In this document: piece after piece, positions 17,467 through 27,234 of the stretch
Layout: each line of letters opens with the position of its first letter
Position numbering within the stretch: the stretch's first letter is position 1
From: an uncultured Alphaproteobacteria bacterium
Lineage (GTDB): Bacteria; Pseudomonadota; Alphaproteobacteria; Methylaequorales; Methylaequoraceae
Reading direction: 5' to 3'
DNA: 64,000 nt
Assembly: GCA_902540805.1 (NCBI GenBank)
Contig: CACBON010000002.1
Location: 27,322 to 91,321 of the forward strand
Program-made: the position numbers and the translations under genes
Notes under the pieces: generated by a model
Database searches by the model: none
What the model was told of the DNA's origin: nothing
The model's input: the letters and a program-made list of their open reading frames with translations, nothing else

Positions 17467-17473
17467 TGTTTTG

Positions 17474-18199
17474 TTACGGGAAAGTTATACTTTCTTTTTG
17501 ATCAGTTATTTCTTTAACTAATTGCTTGTTTTGGCTGGAAATCGCTTCAAGTGCCGCATTCAATGATGATGTGCTATTAGAAAGTTCTTTAAGAAGTTTT
17601 ACGTTCTGGTTCTTTTTATTATCTTTCAATAGTTTTCCAATCTCTTTGTTAACACTTGCAGATGTAACAACTCCTGACTCTTGAATTGACTTATTCAGCT
17701 TATCAGCTTCATTTTTAATTGATTTAGAAAGCCCTGATGATAAATTTGTAATTTCTTTTGATAAATTAACCATTAGTTTTTTATCATTCGAATTAATTGC
17801 ACTTGAAAGCTCTTCAATTTTAACTTTCATCTCTTCACTGGCATTTAATAAATCAGTATGTCTAGCTAAACTTTGATTCATGTTATCTACTGCTTTATTA
17901 ACATTTTCGACATTTTCAGCAAAAACAACCAAAGCTTCTCTACTAGTGCTTGTCATGTCTTCTAGTTCAGAAAGTGACTTAAAATATAGAAGTCCAGTTA
18001 AAAGAATTGCTACAATAGCAGTGGCAATTGAACTTGAAAAAATGATTGTTGTATATTTGTGAATTTCTTTCATTTTTTGCTCCGTCTTTAAGTATTCGTT
18101 TTTAATTCTTTTGTATTCTGAAGTCACATCGGTGGCTGCGTCAGCAGCATCCAAAGCTATTTTAATGCTTTCCTGCATTGCATTAAGTTGTTGAGTCAT
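17474..18199 (-). CDS. single-pass membrane coiled-coil protein
   Basis: One TM helix (residues about 50-72) followed by about 170 aa of S/N/K/L heptad-like sequence. No MCP signalling core. Confidence 0.3.
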   Translation of the reverse strand: MTQQLNAMQESIKIALDAADAATDVTSEYKRIKNEYLKTEQKMKEIHKYTTIIFSSSIATAIVAILLTGLLYFKSLSELEDMTSTSREALVVFAENVENVNKAVDNMNQSLARHTDLLNASEEMKVKIEELSSAINSNDKKLMVNLSKEITNLSSGLSKSIKNEADKLNKSIQESGVVTSASVNKEIGKLLKDNKKNQNVKLLKELSNSTSSLNAALEAISSQNKQLVKEITDQKESITFP

Positions 18200-18396
18200 G
18201 CAATTCTTCCTTTATTTAGTATTTTAACACTTTTTTGTTTTTTTTGAAATAGTGCACAATCTGTGCCAGAAACTTTCTTTATTTCTAAATATGGGTTATT
18301 TTTTGAAATTATACCAAATGCTTTACAACCATATGGAAAGTTTTTCTTATAGGTCACATAAAAATGCGAGCAGTTATTACAGTTATTTTGATTCAT
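18196..18396 (-). CDS. small Cys4 (putative zinc-ribbon) protein
   Basis: CNNC ... C(24) ... C(47) spacing. Overlaps its neighbours by 4 nt on each side. Confidence 0.3.
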   Translation of the reverse strand: MNQNNCNNCSHFYVTYKKNFPYGCKAFGIISKNNPYLEIKKVSGTDCALFQKKQKSVKILNKGRIA

Positions 18397-18625
18397 TTTT
18401 CATTAGATCTCTTATTTTATAATATAGTTTTGCAATTTGGAATCTCAACGCACCACAAAAAGAAGTTAAAGCACAAAACCAAAGAAATAAAGCAAGAAGA
18501 AAATTTTTCTCTTCGAATACTTCAATGGCTTTGAAGTGACATATTAATGAGCTATAAAAAAAAGCAAGAGTAACAATTAGTTGTGAAATGTTTCTATTGA
18601 TCATTTTTTCTTCCGAACTCGTCAA
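18383..18625 (-). CDS. small two-TM protein
   Basis: ORF overlapping the flhB 3' end by 32 nt. Two hydrophobic helices. Confidence 0.2.
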   Translation of the reverse strand: MTSSEEKMINRNISQLIVTLAFFYSSLICHFKAIEVFEEKNFLLALFLWFCALTSFCGALRFQIAKLYYKIRDLMKNESK

Positions 18626-19745
18626 AAATCATATCTTCAGGTATCTCTATCTCTGGTTTCTCAATTTCTTCTCCATTATCTATTTTATAAATATATGCTA
18701 AGGCAATAGCAACAGCATTATAGAGTTTACTCATGATTTCATCACCAATTTCGGATGTATAGTATATTGCTCTTGCCAGTTTAGGACTTTGCATGGTACC
18801 AATTTTAAGTTCTTTTCCTTTCTTAATTATGGATTCAGCAATTTTACCCCTTCCTTTGGATATAATTATAGGAGCTTTTGCGTCCCCAACTTCATATTTA
18901 AGAGCTACAGCAAAGTGTGTTGGGTTTGTAATTATTGCAGTAGCTTCTTCAAGGTTATCAACAGACGACGCTTCTTTTCTACTTTTTGTTGCAGCTTCGG
19001 CTTGAAGTTTTCTTATTTTTTGTTTGACTTCAGGTTGTCCGTCAGTCTCTTTGTATTCGTCTTTGAGGTCTTGATGAGACATTCTAAGTTGCTTAATATA
19101 ATCATACTTTTGGTAAACTACATCTATAAAAGCTATAAATGCGAGAACGACAAGGAGATAAGCAATTATTTCTGGAAAAAAAGAAAAAAGTCTATTTACT
19201 GCGGAAAAAATATTAGCGGTTGTTAAATTGACTAAATCAGATAAATTATTTTCAATCAAAAAGAAAGCTACTAGACCAAGAAGACTGACTTTTAATATAG
19301 CCTTTACTAATTCTACTAATCCCTTAAGTGAAAATATTCTTTTTAATCCTTTAATTGGATTCATTTTCTCAAACTTCCAGTAAATTGATTTTATGGAGAA
19401 GTTTATTCCACCAATTAAAAACTGCGTTAGTACACTTACTACCAATAGTGGTATTGAAAAAATTAAAAATACTTGAATGAAAAATTTTACAACTACAGCA
19501 ACAGATTCAAGTGGAGACTTTCCAGAGGCTAATTCTGGACCAAAGGAAAATAGAGATTTACAAATTTTTAAAAAATCGTCTAAAAGCATTGGTGCAAGAT
19601 AAAATAGTAATACTCCCATGAACATTGAACTGAAAACAAAAGCTTCTTTGGAAGACAGAACTTTCCCATCCTCTTTTGCTTTTTCAAGCCTTCGGGCTGT
19701 AGGTTCCTGGGTTTTTTCTTGACTTTCGTCTTTATCTTCCGCCAT
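18594..19745 (-). CDS. flhB: flagellar export apparatus protein FlhB
   Basis: Four TM helices. NPTH autocleavage motif (AIITNPTHFAVALKY). Confidence 0.85.
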   Translation of the reverse strand: MAEDKDESQEKTQEPTARRLEKAKEDGKVLSSKEAFVFSSMFMGVLLFYLAPMLLDDFLKICKSLFSFGPELASGKSPLESVAVVVKFFIQVFLIFSIPLLVVSVLTQFLIGGINFSIKSIYWKFEKMNPIKGLKRIFSLKGLVELVKAILKVSLLGLVAFFLIENNLSDLVNLTTANIFSAVNRLFSFFPEIIAYLLVVLAFIAFIDVVYQKYDYIKQLRMSHQDLKDEYKETDGQPEVKQKIRKLQAEAATKSRKEASSVDNLEEATAIITNPTHFAVALKYEVGDAKAPIIISKGRGKIAESIIKKGKELKIGTMQSPKLARAIYYTSEIGDEIMSKLYNAVAIALAYIYKIDNGEEIEKPEIEIPEDMIFDEFGRKNDQ

Positions 19746-19760
19746 TAAATTATATCCTTT

Positions 19761-20576
19761 TTAATTAATGAGTATATTTTCTATCGATTCTAAAGAACTT
19801 TTCGTAAGCTCTGCAAATGCATTTCCCATAGATTGAGAAGCTAAATACATTATGAAGAAAGCTAGGATCATAGTTACAGGGAATGCAAACGAAAACATAT
19901 TTAATTGAGGAGCTGCTCTTGTTATAATTCCTATTGCAATGTTTGTTAGTAAAAGTGCTCCAACAACTGGAAGCATTATTAATCCTCCTGTATAAAACAT
20001 AGCACCAGCAGCTTCTATGCCCAAACCGACAAGACCAAATGGTGGTATTCCATCATTAATATTAAAAATTTCAAAGCTTTTAAATAAAAATTCAATTGCG
20101 ATTAAATGTCCATTTAACGATAAAAAAATAGTAATTAAGAATAAGTCTAATATTAGACTAATTACTGGTGTTTGTCCGCCTGTATCTGGATCAACCATTT
20201 GGGAAAAACCTAACCCAGTAGTAGCTGCTATTTTCTCTCCAGCCAAACTTGCTGCTGCAAACCATATTGTTAGTGTTAAACCCAGTGATAATCCAATCAA
20301 AGCTTCTACTATTACAACAATAACAAGGTTATCAAGAATTTGTTCTGACACTTGAATATCAGAGAGATACCCATAATAAAAAAATGAAATCACTAGAGAA
20401 AAAATTATTTTTACATTCAAAGGAATAACTCTTGAACCAAAAAAAGGGCTTGATATGAAAAATGCTGATAATCTTATCGAACATAAAAAGAATTTAAATA
20501 AGTACTCAATAAGAGAGTTTAATTCGAGTCCTGGTAAGGCATCCATAGGACTGTAAAAAGGTAATGGAATAAACAT
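19761..20576 (-). CDS. fliR: flagellar export apparatus protein FliR
   Basis: Polytopic membrane protein in the fliPQR position. Its stop abuts the flhB gene. Confidence 0.8.
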   Translation of the reverse strand: MFIPLPFYSPMDALPGLELNSLIEYLFKFFLCSIRLSAFFISSPFFGSRVIPLNVKIIFSLVISFFYYGYLSDIQVSEQILDNLVIVVIVEALIGLSLGLTLTIWFAAASLAGEKIAATTGLGFSQMVDPDTGGQTPVISLILDLFLITIFLSLNGHLIAIEFLFKSFEIFNINDGIPPFGLVGLGIEAAGAMFYTGGLIMLPVVGALLLTNIAIGIITRAAPQLNMFSFAFPVTMILAFFIMYLASQSMGNAFAELTKSSLESIENILIN

Positions 20577-20842
20577 TAATTTATTCCTGAAATTGTATCA
20601 AAAATAAATTGAAAATAATCAGTTAAACTCACTAAAAGAAAATTAGCTAAAAAGCCTATTGCAAAGATAACTATGACAATTTTTGGAACAAAACTAAGTG
20701 TCATTTCCTGGATTGATGTGGCTGCTTGTATAATTCCAATAATCAAGCCAATAGCAAGAGCTGCACCTAGAAATGGGCCACTAGAAATCAAAACTTGGTA
20801 AAAAGCTAATCTTATCATTTCAACATTTTGATCAAATCCCAT
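20576..20842 (-). CDS. fliQ: flagellar export apparatus protein FliQ
   Basis: 88-aa two-TM protein between fliP and fliR. Confidence 0.8.
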   Translation of the reverse strand: MGFDQNVEMIRLAFYQVLISSGPFLGAALAIGLIIGIIQAATSIQEMTLSFVPKIVIVIFAIGFLANFLLVSLTDYFQFIFDTISGIN

Positions 20843-20868
20843 TATCTATTACTCCTATAACACTAAAT

Positions 20869-21615
20869 TCACGAGAACGTTCCAACAAGAGATCCCACAG
20901 TCATTGACCAACCATCAACCAAAACAAAAAGGAGTAGTTTAAAGGGTAGGGCAATTAACATTGGAGATAACATCATCATACCAAGTGACATCAAAACAGA
21001 AGCTACGACCATATCAATTACCAAAAAAGGTAAAAAAAGTAAAAAACCAATCTGAAATGCAGTTTTTAATTCACTCGTAATATATGCTGGCAAAACAATG
21101 TAAAAAGGGATTTGAGAACTATTTTCAAACTTTCCCTCATTTGCCATTTCTGCAAACATCAATAAATCATTCTTTCGTGTATTTTTAACCATGAATTTTT
21201 TTAACTCACCGCCGCCACTTTCAACTGCCTCAGATAAATTCATTTCTCCATTATTATAGGGTTCGGAGACATCAGAGTAAATTTTATTAAATGTAGGAGC
21301 CATTACAAAAAAAGTAAGGAATAGGGAGATAGCGACTAAAATTTGGTTGGGCGGTGTTTGCTGTGTCCCAAGAGCTTGTCTTAAAATTGACATAACAATA
21401 ATAATTCTTGTAAAAGCAGTCATTCCTAAAACGAGTGAAGGCAGAATTGTTAAAGCTGTCATCAACGCTAAAATTTTTAGAGAAACAGAATATGTTTTTG
21501 TGCCATTTTCTGACTCAGTAATAGTTAATGCTTCTAATCCTTCGGGAGCCATTTGAGAAAACCCAAAAAATGGAAAAAGAATAATAATTAAAAACAAAAA
21601 ATTAATTTTTTTCAT
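20869..21615 (-). CDS. fliP: flagellar export apparatus protein FliP
   Basis: Signal peptide plus a conserved FliP core (TAFTRIIIVMSILRQALG...). Confidence 0.85.
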   Translation of the reverse strand: MKKINFLFLIIILFPFFGFSQMAPEGLEALTITESENGTKTYSVSLKILALMTALTILPSLVLGMTAFTRIIIVMSILRQALGTQQTPPNQILVAISLFLTFFVMAPTFNKIYSDVSEPYNNGEMNLSEAVESGGGELKKFMVKNTRKNDLLMFAEMANEGKFENSSQIPFYIVLPAYITSELKTAFQIGFLLFLPFLVIDMVVASVLMSLGMMMLSPMLIALPFKLLLFVLVDGWSMTVGSLVGTFS

Positions 21616-21928
21616 TTTTTAGCCTATTTTCAAATACTTTCTCAAGATTGTTACCTTTGAGACTGTTGTTTTTTATTTCTGTCAATAAAGAACCAGAATT
21701 TTTCCCAGAAATAAAAAGATAATCTTTATTATCTAAATTTAAGATTAAAGCTCTGTCACCCTGTCCCAGTAGGGTAACTTCAGATACTTTCATTCTTTTC
21801 CTTGAATTAATGGTTCTTGAGATTAAGTGTTTGTTTTTCTTAATATAATACAAGCCTACAAAAAGCAGAGCTAAAAATCCTAACACTAGTAAATAGTTTG
21901 ATAAACTTGGACCTACATATTCTGGCAT
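21602..21928 (-). CDS. fliO: FliO-like single-TM protein (start set to ATG 21928, which has a GAGGGG RBS)
   Basis: Small protein with one TM, located before fliP. The track ORF starts at TTG 21955, which lies inside the predicted transcript start. Confidence 0.45.
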   Translation of the reverse strand: MPEYVGPSLSNYLLVLGFLALLFVGLYYIKKNKHLISRTINSRKRMKVSEVTLLGQGDRALILNLDNKDYLFISGKNSGSLLTEIKNNSLKGNNLEKVFENRLKNEKN

Positions 21929-21961
21929 TTTTCCCCTCTTGTTTGGTTTATACAAGAGAGA

Positions 21962-21977
21962 TGCAAAAACCTTGCCG
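21962..21977 (-). promoter_or_regulatory. sigma-54 promoter candidate for fliO-P-Q-R-flhB and the downstream unknown genes
   Basis: Minus strand reads CGGCAA-GGTTT-TTGCA. The -12 C is 12 nt upstream of about 21951. The RBS-equipped ATG is at 21928. Confidence 0.5.
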
Positions 21978-22055
21978 AAACAACAGTAGTCACTTTAAAT
22001 AGCTGATTTAATTGATAAATTATTCATTAAAAAAAAGATGTCAATTTGCTGACAA

Positions 22056-22457
22056 CTATAAGTTTTCGATTAGTTCCTCTGGGGTAGCAACTTCAGTAAA
22101 CCTTATACCAAATTTTTCACCAACCATAACAACTTCGCCTTTGGCAATTTTTGTCCCATTTGCTAAAATATCTAAGGCGTCTCCAGCTAATCTGTCAAGC
22201 TCAACAACAGATCCTTCATTTAATCGTAGCAAATCTTTGATTTTAATTTCAGTATTTCCAACTTCAACAGTAAGTTTTACTTCGATGTTTTCCAAAAGTC
22301 TTAAATTACTTACTGCTGTGGTATTTTTATCTGAAGTCTTTGAGGATTCTGCTTCAGATTTATTAGCTTGATTTTCAGCTGAGGCTTCAGGTGCCTTAGT
22401 TTCTTCTTGAGTTTGTTCGGTCTGATTTTTATCTTTTTCTGCTATTTCTGCATTCAT
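22056..22457 (-). CDS. fliN: flagellar motor switch protein FliN
   Basis: C-terminal SpoA domain (VKLTVEVGNTEIKIKDLLRLNEGSVVELD). Confidence 0.8.
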   Translation of the reverse strand: MNAEIAEKDKNQTEQTQEETKAPEASAENQANKSEAESSKTSDKNTTAVSNLRLLENIEVKLTVEVGNTEIKIKDLLRLNEGSVVELDRLAGDALDILANGTKIAKGEVVMVGEKFGIRFTEVATPEELIENL

Positions 22458-22468
22458 AATTTTTCTCC

Positions 22469-23446
22469 TTAATTATTTCGTGTAGCAAGCTTTACTGAAG
22501 CATTGCCGTTTAGTTCTCCCATTTCAGCCTTAAAGTATTTTTGATTCTCAACATAAAAATCCACCGTATCCTCTAAATTTACGTTTAATGTATCTCCTGC
22601 CTTCATTCTAAGCAATTTAGACATGGAGACAACCGGTTCGCTTAGATTACTTTTAACTAATAAGGGAATTTCTAATATTGCTTTTTCTAACTTATCTCGC
22701 CACGTCATGTTAGATTCGACCACATCAGATTGTACTCTAGATCTCAGTAAAGATGAAACTGGTTTAAGTGTTTGAAGTGGATACACCACATCAAAAGACA
22801 TTGAGTCAATATTAGGTAATTGCATTACAAATGAACATACTATAACTAAATCTGTAGATTCTACAAAAGCAGCAAACTGAGGATTTTGCTCTCTACTTTG
22901 AAATTTGATTGAAATAGGCGTTAAATCTTTCCAACACTGTTCAAGAACCTTGGAGATTCCATTATTTATAACTTCGATTATTTTTTCTTCGGTTGCAGTA
23001 AATTCGGTTCTTTCAGTATCATTAACCTCCAATTTTCCTCCATATCTGCTACTAGTACAAAGACTAACAAAAGATGGTGGCAGTACAGTCAGCATGGAAC
23101 CTCTTAACTCGTCTATTCTACTGTTTGTTAAACTCATAAATGCATCTAAACCAGAACTGTACTCCTCGAAAGATTTTACTTCTGGGGGAAACGAACTTAT
23201 TCTCGGTTGAACTCTAAGCAAAGGGAGAAATACACCACGCACTGTTCTTGCGAATCTCTCGTTTATCAGTCTTAAAGCGTAATAATCTCCTAAGAGTGAA
23301 AGATCATCTGAGCCGAAATTAAATTTTTTATATTCAATCTCAGTCCCATCTTTGACTGTAGTTGATGCACTTAAATCTCCCGATTTTAGTCCATCCATTA
23401 ATGCGTTGACTTCTTCGGTAGATAATTTCCTTGATGGTTCAGACAT
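22469..23446 (-). CDS. fliM: flagellar motor switch protein FliM
   Basis: N-terminal LSTEEVNALMDG matches the CheY-P binding motif LSQDEIDALL. Located at the fliL-fliM-fliN position. Confidence 0.8.
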   Translation of the reverse strand: MSEPSRKLSTEEVNALMDGLKSGDLSASTTVKDGTEIEYKKFNFGSDDLSLLGDYYALRLINERFARTVRGVFLPLLRVQPRISSFPPEVKSFEEYSSGLDAFMSLTNSRIDELRGSMLTVLPPSFVSLCTSSRYGGKLEVNDTERTEFTATEEKIIEVINNGISKVLEQCWKDLTPISIKFQSREQNPQFAAFVESTDLVIVCSFVMQLPNIDSMSFDVVYPLQTLKPVSSLLRSRVQSDVVESNMTWRDKLEKAILEIPLLVKSNLSEPVVSMSKLLRMKAGDTLNVNLEDTVDFYVENQKYFKAEMGELNGNASVKLATRNN

Positions 23447-23458
23447 AACTTTTATTTC

Positions 23459-24091
23459 CTATTGTACTACAAATGAGGTAAAATGTACATTCTCGATTCC
23501 ACCAAACCCTTCAACTTTTACAAGAACCTCATTAATTCCATCTCTCAATGATTCAGCTAAATTATTTTTACCCTCTTTACCGGCAATATCTTCAGAAGAA
23601 AATTCGGACATGATAGTTAATATTTCTGATCTCAGAGCAAGCTGATGACTCTCCACATTTACCATTACTTGTTCGTCATATTGAGTTGAAACTCCAACTG
23701 AGAGTTGTAGAAACTTTTTTGATCCCTTTAAGTTGGCTGTAAAATTGCCAGGAAATTCATAATACGTTGTTGTAAAGATTTCTTCGTCAGGTGTAATCTT
23801 TGGAATCTTCTTTGGGCCTGCAGGACAATTACCTTCTTCATCTTTTTCTTCTTCAGCGCATTCAGCTGCAGCCTCATCAATATTTTCTTCATCTTCATTT
23901 TTTGATGGTTCAGGATTGTCTTTTTTTTCAATAATCTGAGATATTTCAGTTGATGGGTCTGTCTCCTCTCCACCGCCTACAAAAATTCCAACTCCAATAC
24001 CTGTTCCTAGAAGAACTATGCCACCTACAATCATCAAAATTAATTTTAAGGGTGACTTCTTTTCATTTTCTTGATTATTCTCTTCTGCCAT
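23459..24091 (-). CDS. fliL: flagellar basal-body-associated protein FliL
   Basis: Single N-terminal TM helix and a periplasmic domain. Located upstream of fliM. Confidence 0.7.
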   Translation of the reverse strand: MAEENNQENEKKSPLKLILMIVGGIVLLGTGIGVGIFVGGGEETDPSTEISQIIEKKDNPEPSKNEDEENIDEAAAECAEEEKDEEGNCPAGPKKIPKITPDEEIFTTTYYEFPGNFTANLKGSKKFLQLSVGVSTQYDEQVMVNVESHQLALRSEILTIMSEFSSEDIAGKEGKNNLAESLRDGINEVLVKVEGFGGIENVHFTSFVVQ

Positions 24092-24118
24092 TATTTTCTC
24101 CTTAATATTTTAAATTAA

Positions 24119-25429
24119 TTAGGCATTCACATCAATATTATGATTACTAAATTTTTGATTTTTATTTTCAACATTTTTTTTATTCTTTTTGGAAATTTCA
24201 TTGTTTACCAAAAAATTTTCTCTTTCATTTTTTTGGTTAAAATAATTACTATTGTTATTTTCATTATTCATATTAGCTGAGAAACTTTTGCTTTCTTTAT
24301 CAATTGATTCTAAAAGTTTTGGAATATTGTCATTAAGGAGGCTCACAACATCCTGATTCTCTGAACCAATATTAATGGCTGTGACACTATTTTTTACAGA
24401 AACCTGGAGGTTTAATTTGCCTAAATTTTTGGGTTTAACCTGAATTTCTAATTTGTTTACACCATTATTAATTGCATTTTTTACAATTCTAGAGAATTTT
24501 TCGCCCCAGCTACTCTCTAATAAATCTAAAAAGATTTGTCCTTTATTTTGCATCTGATTGTCTTTAGTTTCCAAAGTTTTTGAAAAATCTTTATTGCTGA
24601 TTTCTCTTTTCTGACCTATTTGATTTTCTGCTGATTTTTTTATAATTTGAGAAAAATTAGTGTTTTTTCTATTCTCGATTTTGACTTGTTTTGTAACAAG
24701 GTCGTTGTTTTCAATTGTATCTTTTGCAGAAACTTTAAATTGTTTATTCTTTTTGTTTATTTTCTTGTTAATAATTGCAGTTTCAAAGTTTGAATTCTTG
24801 GCTTTGTAATTAAATTCATTTTGCTGCTTTAATACTTTACTATCAATTTGACTTTTATTTTCAGTATAATATTTTGGATTTTTTTCATTTTTGTTAATTC
24901 TTTTTGAAGATGAAGGACCTTTAATTATATTTATAACAATTTTTTTTGAATTTTCATTTTTAAACGCTAAATCAGATTCATTAGGATCCAATTTATTCTC
25001 TATAGCTATTTTTTTTTCCTCTGTTATAAAATTTTTATTTAATAATGGTTTTGGATTTTGATTTAAACTGTTTGGATTAGAATTTTTTGTTTGATTCAAA
25101 GGTTCGACAATACCAATTTCTTTATAAAACACCTCTATAAGTGATTTTGCAGTCTCGTATTCAGAATCTGTGACCTCTAATTTATTTCTCTGCTCGGAAG
25201 TTACTTTTAACAAACTCTTTTCAGAGATATTTTTATTTACATCCAAAAATCCTTCGGTATCAGTTTTTTGTAAGACCACATCTTTCAGCAAGTTTTTATT
25301 TTCAGGATCTAAACTATTTGTATTTATTAGTGCAAAGAGTTCAGCAAATAACTCATTTGTTTTTTCAGAATGTAAAGTTGAGTTTACGAAATTTATGTTT
25401 TTGCTAGTATCATTTTTTATTGCAACCAT
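24119..25429 (-). CDS. fliK: flagellar hook-length control protein FliK-like
   Basis: Low-complexity N-terminal part. C-terminal Flg_hook-like block LEIQVKPKNLGKLNLQVSVKNSVTAINIGSENQDVVSLLNDNIPKLLESI. Confidence 0.55.
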   Translation of the reverse strand: MVAIKNDTSKNINFVNSTLHSEKTNELFAELFALINTNSLDPENKNLLKDVVLQKTDTEGFLDVNKNISEKSLLKVTSEQRNKLEVTDSEYETAKSLIEVFYKEIGIVEPLNQTKNSNPNSLNQNPKPLLNKNFITEEKKIAIENKLDPNESDLAFKNENSKKIVINIIKGPSSSKRINKNEKNPKYYTENKSQIDSKVLKQQNEFNYKAKNSNFETAIINKKINKKNKQFKVSAKDTIENNDLVTKQVKIENRKNTNFSQIIKKSAENQIGQKREISNKDFSKTLETKDNQMQNKGQIFLDLLESSWGEKFSRIVKNAINNGVNKLEIQVKPKNLGKLNLQVSVKNSVTAINIGSENQDVVSLLNDNIPKLLESIDKESKSFSANMNNENNNSNYFNQKNERENFLVNNEISKKNKKNVENKNQKFSNHNIDVNA

Positions 25430-25452
25430 AACTGCCCCTTGTTAAAGCAATT

Positions 25453-25468
25453 CTGCAATTATAATGCC
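25453..25468 (-). promoter_or_regulatory. sigma-54 promoter (consensus-like) for fliK-L-M-N
   Basis: Minus strand reads TGGCAT-TATAA-TTGCA in the 43-nt fliJ-fliK gap. The RBS AAGGGG and ATG 25429 follow. Confidence 0.6.
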
Positions 25469-25472
25469 ACTA

Positions 25473-25886
25473 TTAAAGAGAAACTGAATTTTTAGGTTTG
25501 AAATAATTTTCTTTTTTTAATTCTTTTACTTTATCTTCTTGAATTTTAATAAATTTCTTTTTTTCATTTATTTTTTCTTTTTGTTTTTCAATTTTTACTA
25601 TTTCTTTTAGATTATGACTAATTTCGTCTAAAACATGATTTTCCCTATTTTTTGAAACCTCAAGTTTATTTATTAAATTGCTGGTAAAAGAAGCTCTAAA
25701 TTTTAAATCTGAACCTGAAAGTTCACCAGATTCCTCTACGGCGCTTTGATTTAACATTTCATTCAACGTTTCTTTTACAAAATCTAACCTTTTTTTTTCA
25801 TCATTTAGTGTAGATAAATTGTTAAGTAGTTTATTTTTCTTTAATTTTTTGAGAGTTAAAAAAATATCATATTTATTTTTTTTCAT
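25473..25886 (-). CDS. fliJ: FliJ-like coiled-coil export chaperone
   Basis: 137-aa charged coiled-coil protein immediately downstream of fliI. Confidence 0.45.
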   Translation of the reverse strand: MKKNKYDIFLTLKKLKKNKLLNNLSTLNDEKKRLDFVKETLNEMLNQSAVEESGELSGSDLKFRASFTSNLINKLEVSKNRENHVLDEISHNLKEIVKIEKQKEKINEKKKFIKIQEDKVKELKKENYFKPKNSVSL

Positions 25887-25890
25887 GTCA

Positions 25891-27210
25891 TCAGTTAATC
25901 TTTTTCAAGCTTGTTATGCTGTCTTCAAAACTCGATTTTTTTTTAAAGTGTTGTTTTATATGACTGCAAATTTTATTCCAATTATTTAATGCACTATCAA
26001 TTTCAGGGTTTTGCCCTTGGGCATATCCCCCCATAAGAATTAGATCTTTGTTTTCTTGGTATATGGAGTATAATTTTTTTACTAAATCAGAATGATTTTG
26101 ATGTTCCTCGGTAACAATAGAATTCATTACTCTACTTAATGATTGATTCAAATCAATTGCAGGAAAAATTCCAAGTTGTGCAAGTTCTCTAGATAATACA
26201 ATATGTCCATCTAATATTGCCCTGGCAGTGTCTACTACAGGATCGTTCGTATCATCAGAATCTGCCAGTATTGTATAGAAACTTGTTATAGTTCCTTCAT
26301 TTGTTGAACCGGCTCCAGTTCTTTCGATTAGATTTGGAATCATTGAAATTACAGATGTTGGGTATCCTTTTGAAGTAGGTTGTTCACCAAGTGCCAACCC
26401 CACCTCTCGTTTAGCATGTGCTATTCTGGTAAGAGAGTCCATAATAAGCAAAACGTTTTTTCCTTTAGACCTAAAATATTCTGCAATTGAAGTTGCTCTT
26501 TCTGCTCCTTTAATTCTTAATAATGGCGATTTGTCTGCTGGCACGGCTACAGTGACAGTTCTTTTTCTTGATTCGTCATTCAATATTTCTGATACAAAAT
26601 TTCCTAACTCTCTTCCTCTTTCTCCGATGAGTGCTACAACAACAACATCAGCGTCAGTAAACTTAGTCATCATTCCAAGTAAAATAGATTTTCCAACTCC
26701 AGAACCTGCAATGATTCCAAGCCTTTGCCCCCTTCCTACAGTAAAAAGTGAATTGATCGCTCTAATACCAACATCTAGCACTTCATTTATTGGTTTTTTT
26801 GACATTGGGTTATCGGGTTTTCCATTAATTGGCCATGTTTCTGAAGAATCATTTATTTTTGCCCCTCCATCTATTGGATTCCCAAAAGCATCTAAAACCC
26901 TTCCAAGTAAATGAGAACCCACAATTACATCATTTGATGAATTTAAGACTCTTATTTCAGACCCCAAAATTATGTTTGCATTATTTTCATGAACGGCAAT
27001 AATATTTTTATTTTCTTTGAAACCAATGATTTCTCCCGTGACTATAGATTTGTCATTACATTCTATTTCACATGTTGTCCCGATTGGTGCGGGAAATGCT
27101 TCACATTCGACAACTTTACCGTCATATTTTGATGTTTTACTCTTATAGATCCTGTTTTGAGATATAGTATGTGAATCTACAGTCTGAAGTATTTTTTTTG
27201 CTATAACCAT
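25891..27210 (-). CDS. fliI: flagellum-specific ATPase FliI
   Basis: Walker A motif GSGVGKS. F1/T3SS ATPase family core. Confidence 0.9.
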   Translation of the reverse strand: MVIAKKILQTVDSHTISQNRIYKSKTSKYDGKVVECEAFPAPIGTTCEIECNDKSIVTGEIIGFKENKNIIAVHENNANIILGSEIRVLNSSNDVIVGSHLLGRVLDAFGNPIDGGAKINDSSETWPINGKPDNPMSKKPINEVLDVGIRAINSLFTVGRGQRLGIIAGSGVGKSILLGMMTKFTDADVVVVALIGERGRELGNFVSEILNDESRKRTVTVAVPADKSPLLRIKGAERATSIAEYFRSKGKNVLLIMDSLTRIAHAKREVGLALGEQPTSKGYPTSVISMIPNLIERTGAGSTNEGTITSFYTILADSDDTNDPVVDTARAILDGHIVLSRELAQLGIFPAIDLNQSLSRVMNSIVTEEHQNHSDLVKKLYSIYQENKDLILMGGYAQGQNPEIDSALNNWNKICSHIKQHFKKKSSFEDSITSLKKIN

Positions 27211-27234
27211 TTACATTTAATTCTAAATAGAAGT

